The translations under genes and the position numbers were made by a program. Source: a virus (lineage: Duplodnaviria; Caudoviricetes). From it: 54,725 nucleotides of DNA. Positions 1-9,276 of the stretch are shown here, piece after piece (positions within the stretch are counted from its first letter, which is position 1; the number at the start of each line of letters is the position of its first letter). The notes under the pieces are model-generated. The model was not told the origin of the DNA. It saw only the letters and a list, made by a program, of their open reading frames with translations, and searched no databases. The stretch is from IMG/VR virus record IMGVR_UViG_3300033485_000016, positions 1-54,725 of that record; one strand, written 5' to 3'.

Positions 1-1656
1 CAATGCCCTCAACTCCGGCATGAGCGATCCGCGCTCCACCGTAAAGTTGTAGTTAGTCCCACCCCTGAGAACTTCTTCGGTATGGAAGGTAAACACCTCA
101 TCCCGCATGTCACGGGAGGTGTAGTGGAGGGTTCTAGCCGGCGGATAGAACTGCTTGACCCTATTCAGCCTCTGTTGCTTGATCCTGGCGACTCGCTGCC
201 CCAGGTGCTCATACAACATCCCCCACTCTGTATCCAGGATCTCCTGAAGCAGGGGGACAGCCAGAGGTCCGCGCAACTGACCTGGGAACTTACTTTCCTG
301 GAAGAGATCACTCCCACCAGCGATGTCGCTGAGGAGCTTAACAACCAACTCGATTGACTCAAGGAACCCTTGGGGCAGCAAGGCCGGCTGTGCCCTCTGA
401 ACCATCGGCACACCCTGGTCATTAAGCCCGTTCTTGACATACCCCGGATAATCCGTAGGCACATCCGCCTCAGCCAAGTTGGGACCAAGGAGGACTGGAG
501 AATAAACAGTATCATTCGCATGTTCGCCTAGCTGGCTCAGCCTCTTGTTGAGAAATCTCTGTGGAGCGATCAGATCCGTCACATAATCCTGGGTCCAGAA
601 GGTCGTAGTAGGCGGAGTCCAGTGAATGTCAGTGATGGGAATGTCCCCATAGTCATTCACCCCTTCCCTCAGCACCATCTTCCCCGGCACGAACACGTCA
701 TACCTGCCATTGGGATTAGTGAAGCTCCGGGGCGCATAGCTCTCCACCACAATGTCCATGGGAGGGTCATCATCAGCCCTGGACCCCTGCACCAGTGGGA
801 TCATGTCGGCCAGAAACATGTTCGCCACCGAATCCCCCAACTGGGTGAACTGGGTGGAGATGATTTTGAGATCATCATTCCCGCCACCCAGCGCATTCAT
901 GTCCACATCGGGGAAATTCTCCTGAATCCACCCATGCGTCCTGAAATTGGCAATATAAACCCTCTGATCAGGGGCCAGATCCTCAATCGCCCTCACCGAG
1001 GCGTCCACAAACACATTAAGAGGCCCATACACTACTGCCCCTACGTCCCCTTCCGTCCTCACTTCCTCCGCTGCCTCAAACAACCCCGGATCCGCCCCTG
1101 TTTGCACCTGTTGCTGGACCTCGCTAAAGGGGCTTTCCTCTCCAGTGATCTTGTTCTTGAAAACCGGCTCATTTCCCATCATTTTGGGAATGGACTCACT
1201 CTGGGCGTTGGGAATCCAGGGGGTATACTCAAAACAGACCCCTCCAACCGCCATCCACCAGACCCTTTCCCACATCCGGGCCTGCTCGTCCAGTTTTTCA
1301 TCCAGAGCCTTGTCTAATCTGTCCACCACCTCCGCCTCAGCCAGTGCTTTGGGGTCTTTCTTATTAGGATTGGCCTTGAACACCATCCCAATGCTCGTCA
1401 ATCGCCCCAAACACTTCCGCATCCGGTGCCCAATGAGGTTGAACACCAAATGCAGCTTGTTGTCATTGGTGGAATTGGCAACAATGGCCTTTTTCTGGGC
1501 CGTTACATGCTGCTCCCCGGCCACCATGGCGAGATTTGTCAGCACTCTCGCCTCAACACCACCTGTATGCCTGATTTTCTGCTGTCTGAGCCTCTCGTAG
1601 TCCTTTGTCAACTCGTCCAGCAGCACTTTTGCGTCAGAAATCGGCTGATCCATCAC
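1..1656 (-). CDS. Portal protein, 5' part (truncated by window edge; full copy 49897-52128)
   Basis: Identical to the N-terminal part of the 743 aa ORF in the second repeat copy. Confidence 0.85.
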   Translation of the reverse strand, partial: MMDQPISDAKVLLDELTKDYERLRQQKIRHTGGVEARVLTNLAMVAGEQHVTAQKKAIVANSTNDNKLHLVFNLIGHRMRKCLGRLTSIGMVFKANPNKKDPKALAEAEVVDRLDKALDEKLDEQARMWERVWWMAVGGVCFEYTPWIPNAQSESIPKMMGNEPVFKNKITGEESPFSEVQQQVQTGADPGLFEAAEEVRTEGDVGAVVYGPLNVFVDASVRAIEDLAPDQRVYIANFRTHGWIQENFPDVDMNALGGGNDDLKIISTQFTQLGDSVANMFLADMIPLVQGSRADDDPPMDIVVESYAPRSFTNPNGRYDVFVPGKMVLREGVNDYGDIPITDIHWTPPTTTFWTQDYVTDLIAPQRFLNKRLSQLGEHANDTVYSPVLLGPNLAEADVPTDYPGYVKNGLNDQGVPMVQRAQPALLPQGFLESIELVVKLLSDIAGGSDLFQESKFPGQLRGPLAVPLLQEILDTEWGMLYEHLGQRVARIKQQRLNRVKQFYPPARTLHYTSRDMRDEVFTFHTEEVLRGGTNYNFTVERGSLMPELRAL

Positions 1657-3209
1657 TTTTTGCCCAAATGCGGGTCACTTGTTGCCCGTTTTCTCGGCAT
1701 GGAGGCCAAGAAAGATTGAATCCAGGTGGTTTTTGGCGTCTCCAGAAGCTCTTTGCCCCTGGGACGCCTCGAAAGAATGTGCTCCAAGCAGTCAAGGGTG
1801 TGATCTCGGTCCTTCACCCTCGCAAACTTGCCTGAAGCAGTCGCCTCTTCAGGCCAATGTGCCCATTCCAACTCAAAGGGAAGGACACTCAACCAGGGTG
1901 CCAGCCAGATTTTGCCTGCCTGGAAGTATTCCCGTGAGATCTCAGTGCGTGTTTCGGGGGTTTGCTTATTACCTAACAGGGTAATGTTGTAATTCTGCAA
2001 CTCTCGCTTGAACTGACTGTTCGCATCGGCCCAGAAGATGCCTCTCCCACCCCATCTCAAGGCACTCTCTTCCATCAACCGCGCCCATTCAGGAATGCTC
2101 TGCGCCTCATTCAGGTCAATTTGACCCGCAATATACCTGTAATTGGGAATTTCATCGATGACAAACGCTTCCCCGTCTGGGCTAAAGGCAACGAGAACTG
2201 CACTTCGGTAAGTTCCAGTGTCGCTTCCACCGATAATGGCCCATCCACTGGGGAGGGAAAGATTATCTCTGGAGGCAGTTCGACCTGGATCGAGCCATAG
2301 ATGCGGGTGGGTGCGGGGTGTGAAGACAAACTGGCCTCGCTGGTAGTTGTAACAACGTCCGATGAACTCTCCCAGCTGCCCAAGAAAAGCAATCTGGAAC
2401 TTCTCCTGGGTCATAATCCCGCCTTTTTGCGGGTCAGCCCTGTCCATCGCCTCCTGGCTGAACGTATGAGGATTCACACTACGAGGAACACCGCAAACAC
2501 AGTACCATTCGGGGAAGTCACCGTGCCCGTGCTCGTGGAAAACTCCCACCCATGGTCGATCAGGAGTCGTCGCAAAGACAGCGTATCCTTGACGAGCCTG
2601 GAGGTTTTGGCTAAATCCTGTGTAGCATTCAAGTCCTGGGAGTTGATAGGCTTCACAGTAGATGTAAGCGTCGTGTTCCTTGCCCTTGAGCGAATCTTTT
2701 CTCTCCCACGATCTCGCTTCATATCTCGCTCCGTTAGGCAAATCCAGATACATCCTTCCGTCCCTGGGGCGGTTTTGTAGGGACGAGTACTTCATCCCCA
2801 TCCCCTTATCGCTCAACAGGGCTTCACAGATATACTCAAACTCTGGCTGGCAGATGTCGTATTCCAGTCCGACGAGCGCCACCCTGGCATCGGGTACGGC
2901 TGCAAACCCAGCCGCCCATCTTCCTCCAGCCCAACTCTTCCCGCTCTTAAACGCTCCCAGATCGGCCAGAACTCTAGCTGTCCCTTCAGGGCGGGGTAGA
3001 AGCTTTCTCCACTCTCTTGATTTGTCTGGGAGGCTAATTTCCAAGGCAAGGTCATCTTTCTCCGCTCTTTCCTCTGTCAGTACATACCCCCCAGCCGCCG
3101 CCCACCATTGCGCCTGATGCTCAAATGGCCTCTCGTCCATCTTTTCGCAGATGCGCTGACGGAACGCCCAGGCCAATTGATCGCGGATCTCAGTTGGGAC
3201 GCGAGGCAA
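1653..3209 (-). CDS. terL: Terminase large subunit
   Basis: Walker A-like GAFKSGKS, Walker B-like YIYCEA, motif III ATTP, RNase H-like nuclease GSDTG...DRDHTLD; directly upstream of portal. Confidence 0.88.
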   Translation of the reverse strand: MPRVPTEIRDQLAWAFRQRICEKMDERPFEHQAQWWAAAGGYVLTEERAEKDDLALEISLPDKSREWRKLLPRPEGTARVLADLGAFKSGKSWAGGRWAAGFAAVPDARVALVGLEYDICQPEFEYICEALLSDKGMGMKYSSLQNRPRDGRMYLDLPNGARYEARSWERKDSLKGKEHDAYIYCEAYQLPGLECYTGFSQNLQARQGYAVFATTPDRPWVGVFHEHGHGDFPEWYCVCGVPRSVNPHTFSQEAMDRADPQKGGIMTQEKFQIAFLGQLGEFIGRCYNYQRGQFVFTPRTHPHLWLDPGRTASRDNLSLPSGWAIIGGSDTGTYRSAVLVAFSPDGEAFVIDEIPNYRYIAGQIDLNEAQSIPEWARLMEESALRWGGRGIFWADANSQFKRELQNYNITLLGNKQTPETRTEISREYFQAGKIWLAPWLSVLPFELEWAHWPEEATASGKFARVKDRDHTLDCLEHILSRRPRGKELLETPKTTWIQSFLASMPRKRATSDPHLGKK

Positions 3210-3636
3210 CCTGTGCTCCTACCTTGATCCTCCCCATGAGAACGTCGTCCATGAACCGACTCATGGCGTCCTCCTTGCCGGCATTCCCTGCCAGCTTTGC
3301 CTCCAGAGCCTGCCTAAAGGTTTGACTCTTGGTCAACCTCATCCCCTCCATCTCCGCCGCATTGTTGGCATAGAGGAAATACGCCATCTCCTGATAATGC
3401 TTATCGAGGGCAATCTTCAACCGTTCCTGAGGAGGGAGATCCTGCCAGCTTCCACCTTGGTATTTCCTGACCTCTTCCTGCACATAGGTGTGCAGCCCCC
3501 AACTCCTCGCCAGCCGCAGCAAGGTGTCCTCGTCCTCCAACTCAGGGAAGAAATACCTCACCGCGACAAGGGGAGGCACCCCTGACTGAAGCATCAACGC
3601 GAACTGCTTAGCCTCATGCAGGCTTGGGGGGCGCAT
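3190..3636 (-). CDS. Probable terminase small subunit
   Basis: 148 aa helical protein overlapping the terL start; positional inference. Confidence 0.55.
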   Translation of the reverse strand: MRPPSLHEAKQFALMLQSGVPPLVAVRYFFPELEDEDTLLRLARSWGLHTYVQEEVRKYQGGSWQDLPPQERLKIALDKHYQEMAYFLYANNAAEMEGMRLTKSQTFRQALEAKLAGNAGKEDAMSRFMDDVLMGRIKVGAQVASRPN

Positions 3637-3823
3637 CGATATGGGTCAACATATAGACGTTCTTGCCGTTTTCCTGGTGGGACAGCCGGAAGGTGAGGGT
3701 GTGATAATGCCTGGGAGAATGCTCGGTGCAGGGGGAAATATCCAGCTGGAGCTTGTCCTTCTGCTCAAACTCCTCGACCTCCACCTCCAGCCCTGCCGAG
3801 AGCCTCAGGATGCTCCTAGGCAT
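3614..3823 (-). CDS. Hypothetical protein
   Basis: 69 aa ORF overlapping both neighbours in the same operon. Confidence 0.55.
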   Translation of the reverse strand: MPRSILRLSAGLEVEVEEFEQKDKLQLDISPCTEHSPRHYHTLTFRLSHQENGKNVYMLTHIDAPPKPA

Positions 3824-3926
3824 CCTTTTTCTTCTCTTCCTCTTCCTGCTGCTTCATCTGGATGATCGTCTGGATCAGCATGGGGGCGTACTTGATGAGA
3901 AACTTACCGACAGCTTTCCAATTCAT
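3816..3926 (-). CDS. 36 aa amphipathic peptide (MNWKAVGKFLIKYAPMLIQTIIQMKQQEEEEKKKDA)
   Basis: ATGA overlap with the upstream gene stop; fills the operon gap exactly; below the ORF-track cutoff. Confidence 0.65.
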   Translation of the reverse strand: MNWKAVGKFLIKYAPMLIQTIIQMKQQEEEEKKKDA

Positions 3927-4402
3927 AGCAAACTCACTGGGTTGATGTGGGTGAAGATGGGGGAGTAGGTGAAGGTACCTGGGGCGACCAGATCCGCATC
4001 AGTGGAGGGGTCAAAGGGTTCCATGCCCTCATCCCTACAAAGCCTTGTGCAGACCTCTGAACAAAACTGCTTATCCAGACTCTGCTTCCCGATGGTGTAG
4101 AACCTAAACAGCCCCCACACATCGTATTTCTGGCCCAGGTATTTAGTCCTCATGGCATAGATGCCAGAGGCAATGTCAAAGGGCACTTTGGGGCGTAGGA
4201 CCAGGGCCAGACCTGAAGTCCTCAGGGGGTAGAACCCTACGCCTTCGGCCCTGGACCCCATGGAGGTAGAATTCCCCACAAACTGCTCAATATGTGAGTA
4301 CTGGCTCCAGGTCTTGACCTTGATCGCCCACCCCAGGAGGCTCCTGTCGCTGCTGTAGAGGAGCAAGTCCCCAGGAAGCAGCTTCTTCGGATCGATCTTC
4401 AT
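3923..4402 (-). CDS. Permuted papain-like (YiiX/YebB, NlpC/P60 superfamily) amidase/peptidase
   Basis: PGDLLL, YSH (catalytic His), YD and FCSE (catalytic Cys) motifs in permuted order. Confidence 0.8.
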   Translation of the reverse strand: MKIDPKKLLPGDLLLYSSDRSLLGWAIKVKTWSQYSHIEQFVGNSTSMGSRAEGVGFYPLRTSGLALVLRPKVPFDIASGIYAMRTKYLGQKYDVWGLFRFYTIGKQSLDKQFCSEVCTRLCRDEGMEPFDPSTDADLVAPGTFTYSPIFTHINPVSLL

Positions 4403-4749
4403 TCCTTCACAACCCTTTCAATGGGGGGCATTTCCACCACCAGCCTCGCCCCGCACACATGGACAATCCTCAGGAACCATTGAAGGGAGATGTATTTCTT
4501 CCCTCTTTTGCGGCTGCCCACTCTTTTCGCAAGGTATTGCTGAAGGGTCTGTGGCCGGATCCCCATCCTCCGCGCTACTTCTGCCTTCTTCAGCCCCACC
4601 CGCTCGATGAGCATCTCCGCCACCCCAATGGCCCCCTCAGGCGAATCGCTCATGTGAACCAGGGAGATCCTGGTGCCAGGTAAGGTGGTGCTGTCGCTCG
4701 GCACCACCGTAGGTGAACCCTGAGTCTCAGGAGGTACCCCTAGAAGCAT
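4399..4749 (-). CDS. XRE-family helix-turn-helix regulator (true start may be ATG at 4653)
   Basis: GLKKAEVARRMGIRPQTLQQY HTH followed by ISLQWFLRIVHVCGARLVV. Confidence 0.75.
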   Translation of the reverse strand: MLLGVPPETQGSPTVVPSDSTTLPGTRISLVHMSDSPEGAIGVAEMLIERVGLKKAEVARRMGIRPQTLQQYLAKRVGSRKRGKKYISLQWFLRIVHVCGARLVVEMPPIERVVKE

Positions 4750-5848
4750 GAAAGTATTGTAACTGACTTACGCAAACTTGGCAAACAAAGGGGTTAGGGG
4801 TAGTAGGGCGGGAGGAGGCCAGGAGGAGGGGAGACCCTATAAGTCTCCAGAAGGGCGAAGAAAAGGTAAGGGGGTCCGTAGGGGGAGGAATCTGTAACCC
4901 CCGAAATCCTTAGGAAATTTAAGGGTCGGTGGGTGTCATAACACACTCTCAAAACACCTCTACGCACCTCCACGCACACGTAGGGAAATGCAAAAGGATT
5001 AGTTTGCCATGTATTTGCCACTTGGCGAACCTGACGCCAGTTTGCCATCCCCCAAAGAGCGTCTAACCTGTAACCCCTTCATTTGCAATCACTTAGCGGC
5101 ACTTGTAATATACCATATATATACTCTCTGGGCTTTTGTGACCATTTACTTTCACCAGGGGGTTTTCCTAAGGATTTTCAACCTCCTTCTTCCCCCTATA
5201 AGTCTCTAACTAGTCCCCCCTCCCAACCGTTTCGGGTGCGAGCTAGCGCAAACTCACACCCCGCCGCCAGACCCCCCACCCCCCTAGGGTGCGCCTGGGC
5301 TGGCCTTCCGGTCACAAGCAGGTCGCATGCCAGCCACCTGTCACTGTAACCTATTGATTCTAATATACTTAGGACTTAGCACCACTGAACATGATATTCA
5401 TGGGTTCTGACCTAAGTCCTTATGGCTCAATCACTTAGCGTGCCTGTGTCGCCAACCTTTTGCACCCTACAATGGCACAGGATTAGCCTATGCAGCCAAG
5501 CTTGTCTGTAGGTCCGCTAGGCTAGGACAAATCCCGTGCCATAGGTGCTAAGCAATACTGTTGCCATATTGCCAACAATGCTTGGGGTGCCGGGTTTCCG
5601 CAATACTGCCGACATCCCGTAACGGTTTGTCGGCACCGCTGCCATATGGCAATGCTACTATATCTGGTATTGCAATACCTTACACTGCTGGTGGATTTTG
5701 CTACAGGCTAAGTCCTTATTCCGCTTGCACTTACGGGACTTGTAGCGTATTTCCACGTTCTGGGTCTCTTCTCTACTCTATCCTGCCTGCAATACCGCGC
5801 AATACGCCATGGCACGCGGTCTGCAATACTTGGTGGCAGGAAAGGATA
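4750..5848. promoter_or_regulatory. Divergent non-coding control region (candidate origin, packaging site or genome-end region)
   Basis: No credible ORF; strand switch; contains repeated 25-bp TAA..ACTTA sites, six GCAATAC copies, sigma54-like boxes and inverted repeats. Confidence 0.7.
5810..5825 (+). promoter_or_regulatory. Sigma54-like (-24/-12) promoter for the early operon
   Basis: TGGCACG-CGGT-CTGCA versus consensus TGGCACG-N4-TTGCW, 23 nt upstream of ATG 5849, which has an AGGAAAGGA RBS. Confidence 0.55.
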
Positions 5849-6586
5849 ATGGCAAGCAAACCCACAGGCGCGGTCTTTTATCAAGGCCCATCGTGCCTTG
5901 TAACGGACAGCGGACCTAGTCGTGACATTGTCGGGATTGTTACGTTTGAATCGTCAAACGCGAAAACCGGCAACATGCCACAGGTCTGGTTCTTGGACGA
6001 TGCCGAGCCACCAATGGTGGCAGCCCAGGCAGGCCATGATACGGGGGTTTGTGGAGATTGTCCGCTAAGGTACGCGGAAACAGGGGTCTGTTACGTGGTT
6101 TTGATCCAAGGTCCGCGTGCGGTATGGCAAGCCTACAAGGCAGGCAGGTATCCTAAGGTTACCGCAAGCCAAGCCAATGCAATGCTTAGGGAACATGGTA
6201 AGGCAAGGTTAGGCGCATATGGTGACCCTGCTAGTGTGCCATTGCAGACCTTGCTAGACCTTACCAGGGGTCTTAGGTGCACAGGCTATACACACCAGTG
6301 GAGACGTGCGCCTGCATTGCGTAACCTGTGCATGGCAAGCCTTAACAGTGCGGCGGAAATTCCTGAGGCTAGGTCTCAGGGGTGGCGTTTCTTTCTGTTC
6401 CAAGCCGAGCTTGGCACAATGGCAGACCCCAAGGTTAGGGTTTGTCTGAACACTACGCACGGCAGACTCTGCAAGGATTGTCTACTGTGCAATGGCTCAG
6501 GCCATGGTGCCAACGTGGACATTGTGGTGCAAGCCCACGGCTCAGGTGCCGGGAACATTGACAAGGTTGGCAACAAGGTTGCATAA
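5849..6586 (+). CDS. Cys-rich phage protein (gp88/DUF7227-like, putative Fe-S protein); first early gene
   Basis: SSNAKTG, CGDCP..CYV, RLGAYGDP, GYTHQW, C..CKDCLLC, AHG motifs; RBS before ATG 5849 (the track start at 5561 is upstream in-frame read-through). Confidence 0.65.
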   Translation: MASKPTGAVFYQGPSCLVTDSGPSRDIVGIVTFESSNAKTGNMPQVWFLDDAEPPMVAAQAGHDTGVCGDCPLRYAETGVCYVVLIQGPRAVWQAYKAGRYPKVTASQANAMLREHGKARLGAYGDPASVPLQTLLDLTRGLRCTGYTHQWRRAPALRNLCMASLNSAAEIPEARSQGWRFFLFQAELGTMADPKVRVCLNTTHGRLCKDCLLCNGSGHGANVDIVVQAHGSGAGNIDKVGNKVA

Positions 6587-6606
6587 GTATTGACTGTGAG
6601 GACGCC

Positions 6607-6849
6607 ATGAGAAAGCAATTTGTAACCTGTGCCAAGTGCGGCAAGGTGGCGAAGACAGACTCGACAGTGATCCCGCATGAGGTTGGTACGCAGAAGTGCA
6701 TGAGGTGCCCTGACTGCGCGGGAGAAGACGGCAAAGCAAGTATGTGCCGTGCATGCTGCCCCACTGGACACGGGACAAGGTTTGAAGGCACCGAAGGACA
6801 GGATCGCGAGAGCTACAGCGACGACCAGGACCGGGAAAACTACAGCTGA
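6607..6849 (+). CDS. Small Cys-rich zinc-finger protein
   Basis: CAKC, CPDC, CRAC motifs; GAGGA RBS. Confidence 0.6.
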   Translation: MRKQFVTCAKCGKVAKTDSTVIPHEVGTQKCMRCPDCAGEDGKASMCRACCPTGHGTRFEGTEGQDRESYSDDQDRENYS

Positions 6850-6895
6850 GACAATATGGCAGCAAGGTTGCATAAAGATTGATTGGAGGGTCACC

Positions 6896-7081
6896 ATGGA
6901 ACGGGAAGTCAAGGTCATCAGGGTTCCCATCCCGAAATGGAACTTCGGCGGCTACATCTTGAGGGTTCTGGAGAGTCTGCCGGAAGAGACACCGTGGGTT
7001 GTGACCTTCGCGGCAGATCGGTCCCTGGCTGCCCTGATCGAAGTGGAGGGCAGGATGCCGGTAGAGGTTGTCGGGAAGTAA
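6896..7081 (+). CDS. Hypothetical protein
   Basis: GGAGGG RBS before ATG 6896. Confidence 0.55.
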   Translation: MEREVKVIRVPIPKWNFGGYILRVLESLPEETPWVVTFAADRSLAALIEVEGRMPVEVVGK

Positions 7082-7170
7082 GAGGGCGGTTTGTTCCTTG
7101 CGCTAGGGGTTCTGAGGCTGATCTAGCCGACGCCTGAGGGCAAGAACCCCTACCAGAAGGAGACAAGCCA

Positions 7171-7524
7171 ATGAAGGCTGCAACGTTTGTCGGCGTGCAT
7201 CAGGGGCGCAAGGTTTATCGCGTCCCGGTGCGGATCAGCTTGAGTCAGTATCGTGATGAACCTTGGCTGTTCGTTACAGAACCCAGGGTAGAAGAGCACC
7301 TGATCATCGCGCACAGTGCGGCTGAGGCTGCTAACTGGGCCATTGCAAACCTCGCATCGGAGCCTGAGACAGAGGTTGTGGCATTCGGCCCCAAGGGTGG
7401 AGAGACCCGGCGGTTCTTTGGTTGGCAGAGCTACATCTGGCGGAACATCGGCTTGGAGCACAGGAGAGAGTACCAGCCCAAGCTTTGGCTGGATTGTCTG
7501 ATGGACGGCACAAGGGTTGCGTAA
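7171..7524 (+). CDS. Hypothetical early protein
   Basis: AAGGAG RBS, 117 aa. Confidence 0.65.
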   Translation: MKAATFVGVHQGRKVYRVPVRISLSQYRDEPWLFVTEPRVEEHLIIAHSAAEAANWAIANLASEPETEVVAFGPKGGETRRFFGWQSYIWRNIGLEHRREYQPKLWLDCLMDGTRVA

Positions 7525-7738
7525 GGTATGGGGCAGGAGGCACCCAATGCGATTTGTTATCACTGGCCTAATCAATGGTGTCTACCTTTACGTTGCCAAG
7601 GGCAGTATGCGCGGTTGGCCTATCTGGACTGCCGATGCAAGAGACGCGGCAACGTGGGCAACGCGCAAGCTGGCACGCGCGTGGGCTGGTGAGCTACTGA
7701 ACCGTCGCGGAGTCAGTCTTGAGGCAAGAGAAGCGTAG
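7517..7738 (+). CDS. Hypothetical early protein (likely start ATG 7547)
   Basis: AGGAGG RBS before internal ATG. Confidence 0.55.
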   Translation: MRKVWGRRHPMRFVITGLINGVYLYVAKGSMRGWPIWTADARDAATWATRKLARAWAGELLNRRGVSLEAREA

Positions 7739-7979
7739 GAGACACCCAATGGAGTATGAAGTCCGGGCGGTCTTCGTTGAGGAGAGGGACGACTCGGGAG
7801 GCTGCACTAGCTTGCCGCTGGGTCAGCCCACGCCGGAAGGTCACAGGCCCGTGGGGTTTGGGCTTTACCGGAGGGTTTATCAGAGGGTTGGGCGGGAACT
7901 CTACTCAGAGCTTGAGTGGATCTCGGATCACGTAACGGTGGAGGAAGCAGAGCAGGAACTGCGTAGGAGGATGCCGTGA
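7719..7979 (+). CDS. Hypothetical early protein (likely start ATG 7749)
   Basis: AGGAG RBS; stop overlaps the next gene (GTGA). Confidence 0.55.
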   Translation: MRQEKRRRHPMEYEVRAVFVEERDDSGGCTSLPLGQPTPEGHRPVGFGLYRRVYQRVGRELYSELEWISDHVTVEEAEQELRRRMP

Positions 7980-8989
7980 GTCACAACTTGGCGGAGTTCA
8001 ACGGTCAGTATGCCATGGCGTATGCAGGGGATACGCCGTGGCACAGGCTGGGGCAGAGGTTGCCCAGCTTGGCAAACCTGGATCAGGCTATCGAGGCTGC
8101 AAAGCTTGGGTACCTTGTCGAGACCCAGAGCCTCTACCTTGCAGACGGCAGGGCAGTAGAGGACGCACAGGCGGTAATGCGGGTCGTCACAGGGCAGCCC
8201 TCGATCATCCTGGGAACAGTGGGCAAGGGGTATACGCCCATTCAGAACATCGATGCTCTCGATATCGTGCGGCCCCTGATCGAGGCCAATGGGGCAAGGA
8301 TCGAGGCGGCAGGAGCGTTGGGCAAGGGTGAGCGGGTTTGGCTGCTGCTCAGGATGCCGGAGCTTGACCTGAGCATTAGTGAAGGTGACGACGTTAGGGG
8401 TTACCTGCTCATTCACACCAGCCACGATGGAACCCTAGCCTACGGGGCGAGATTCACACCCATTCGCGTGGTCTGCCAGAACACCTTGTCTGCTGCATTG
8501 GCAGGCAGGGAGAACCGCACGTTCATCACCATTCGGCATACCAAGAACGCCGGCCAGAGGATCGCTGAGGCAAAGCGGCTCATGGTCAAGATGCACGATG
8601 CCATGAAGGCGTGCGGCGACACGTACGCAGAGCTGGCTACCAAGAACATGGGGCCGAGGGAGCTTGCCAAGTACATCGAGGCAGTGTTCCCGCCGGATCA
8701 GGAAGATGAGAAGGTCTCCGACACACTCAAGCGTCGTCGCGAGACGGTTGCCAAGCTGGTGTTTGCTGGGCAGGGTGCCGAGCTTTGCACCCAGGGCGAG
8801 ACAGCGTCGGTTTGGGGAGCCTTCAATGCGGTGTGCGAATACTTCGACCACGTCAGAGTCGAGGAGAGCACTACCAAGTCAGGCAAGCTGGCGACCGACA
8901 CGTCTACCATCTTCGGCGGCAATGCCACCTTCAAGGATCAGGCTCTGAGGCTCGCGATTGCTCAGGCAAGACTCAAGGTTGCAGCGTAA
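7976..8989 (+). CDS. DUF932-family phage/plasmid protein
   Basis: TPWHRLG, Y.PIQN, AGALGKGERVW, TSHDG, TPIRVVCQNTL, IRHT, WGAFNAVCEY.DH motifs. Confidence 0.9.
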   Translation: MSHNLAEFNGQYAMAYAGDTPWHRLGQRLPSLANLDQAIEAAKLGYLVETQSLYLADGRAVEDAQAVMRVVTGQPSIILGTVGKGYTPIQNIDALDIVRPLIEANGARIEAAGALGKGERVWLLLRMPELDLSISEGDDVRGYLLIHTSHDGTLAYGARFTPIRVVCQNTLSAALAGRENRTFITIRHTKNAGQRIAEAKRLMVKMHDAMKACGDTYAELATKNMGPRELAKYIEAVFPPDQEDEKVSDTLKRRRETVAKLVFAGQGAELCTQGETASVWGAFNAVCEYFDHVRVEESTTKSGKLATDTSTIFGGNATFKDQALRLAIAQARLKVAA

Positions 8990-9093
8990 AGGGGCATGGG
9001 GATAGGCGGCAATAACAGAGGGGGAATCGCCGCCCGCTTTAGATAGGCATCGCGCCTGTGATCCTAGCCCTCACTTAAGGGGAGATAACGGCA

Positions 9094-9273
9094 ATGGCTC
9101 GCACGTTCATCGCTGACTGGCTGATGCCGACACCACAGGTGCGCGTGGCCCTGGTCATCATGCCGCCAGCGCAAACCTATCGATTCAAGGTTGCGCTTCG
9201 TTTGGGGCAGGACGATAGCATCGAAATTCTGCAAGCAGTGCGGGATCTATGCTTCCCGGCGCGGGAGAAATAA
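9094..9273 (+). CDS. Hypothetical protein (59 aa)
   Basis: AAGGGGAG RBS; open frame MARTFIADWL...; below the track cutoff. Confidence 0.5.
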   Translation: MARTFIADWLMPTPQVRVALVIMPPAQTYRFKVALRLGQDDSIEILQAVRDLCFPAREK

Positions 9274-9276
9274 CCC

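Larger units (their letters stand above)
1..4253. repeat. Terminal direct repeat, copy 1 (circular overlap; unit genome 50,472 bp)
   Basis: Sequence and all ORFs recur at an offset of 50,472; one mismatch noticed (G4181 vs C54653). Confidence 0.97.

Noticed and set aside
5561-5848. 96 aa N-terminal extension of the first early gene in the ORF track
   Set aside because: TTG start without RBS running through promoter and repeat elements; ATG 5849 has a good RBS
7104-7152. Hammerhead ribozyme
   Set aside because: Three-way topology is present, but the CUGANGA, GAAA and NUH core is not
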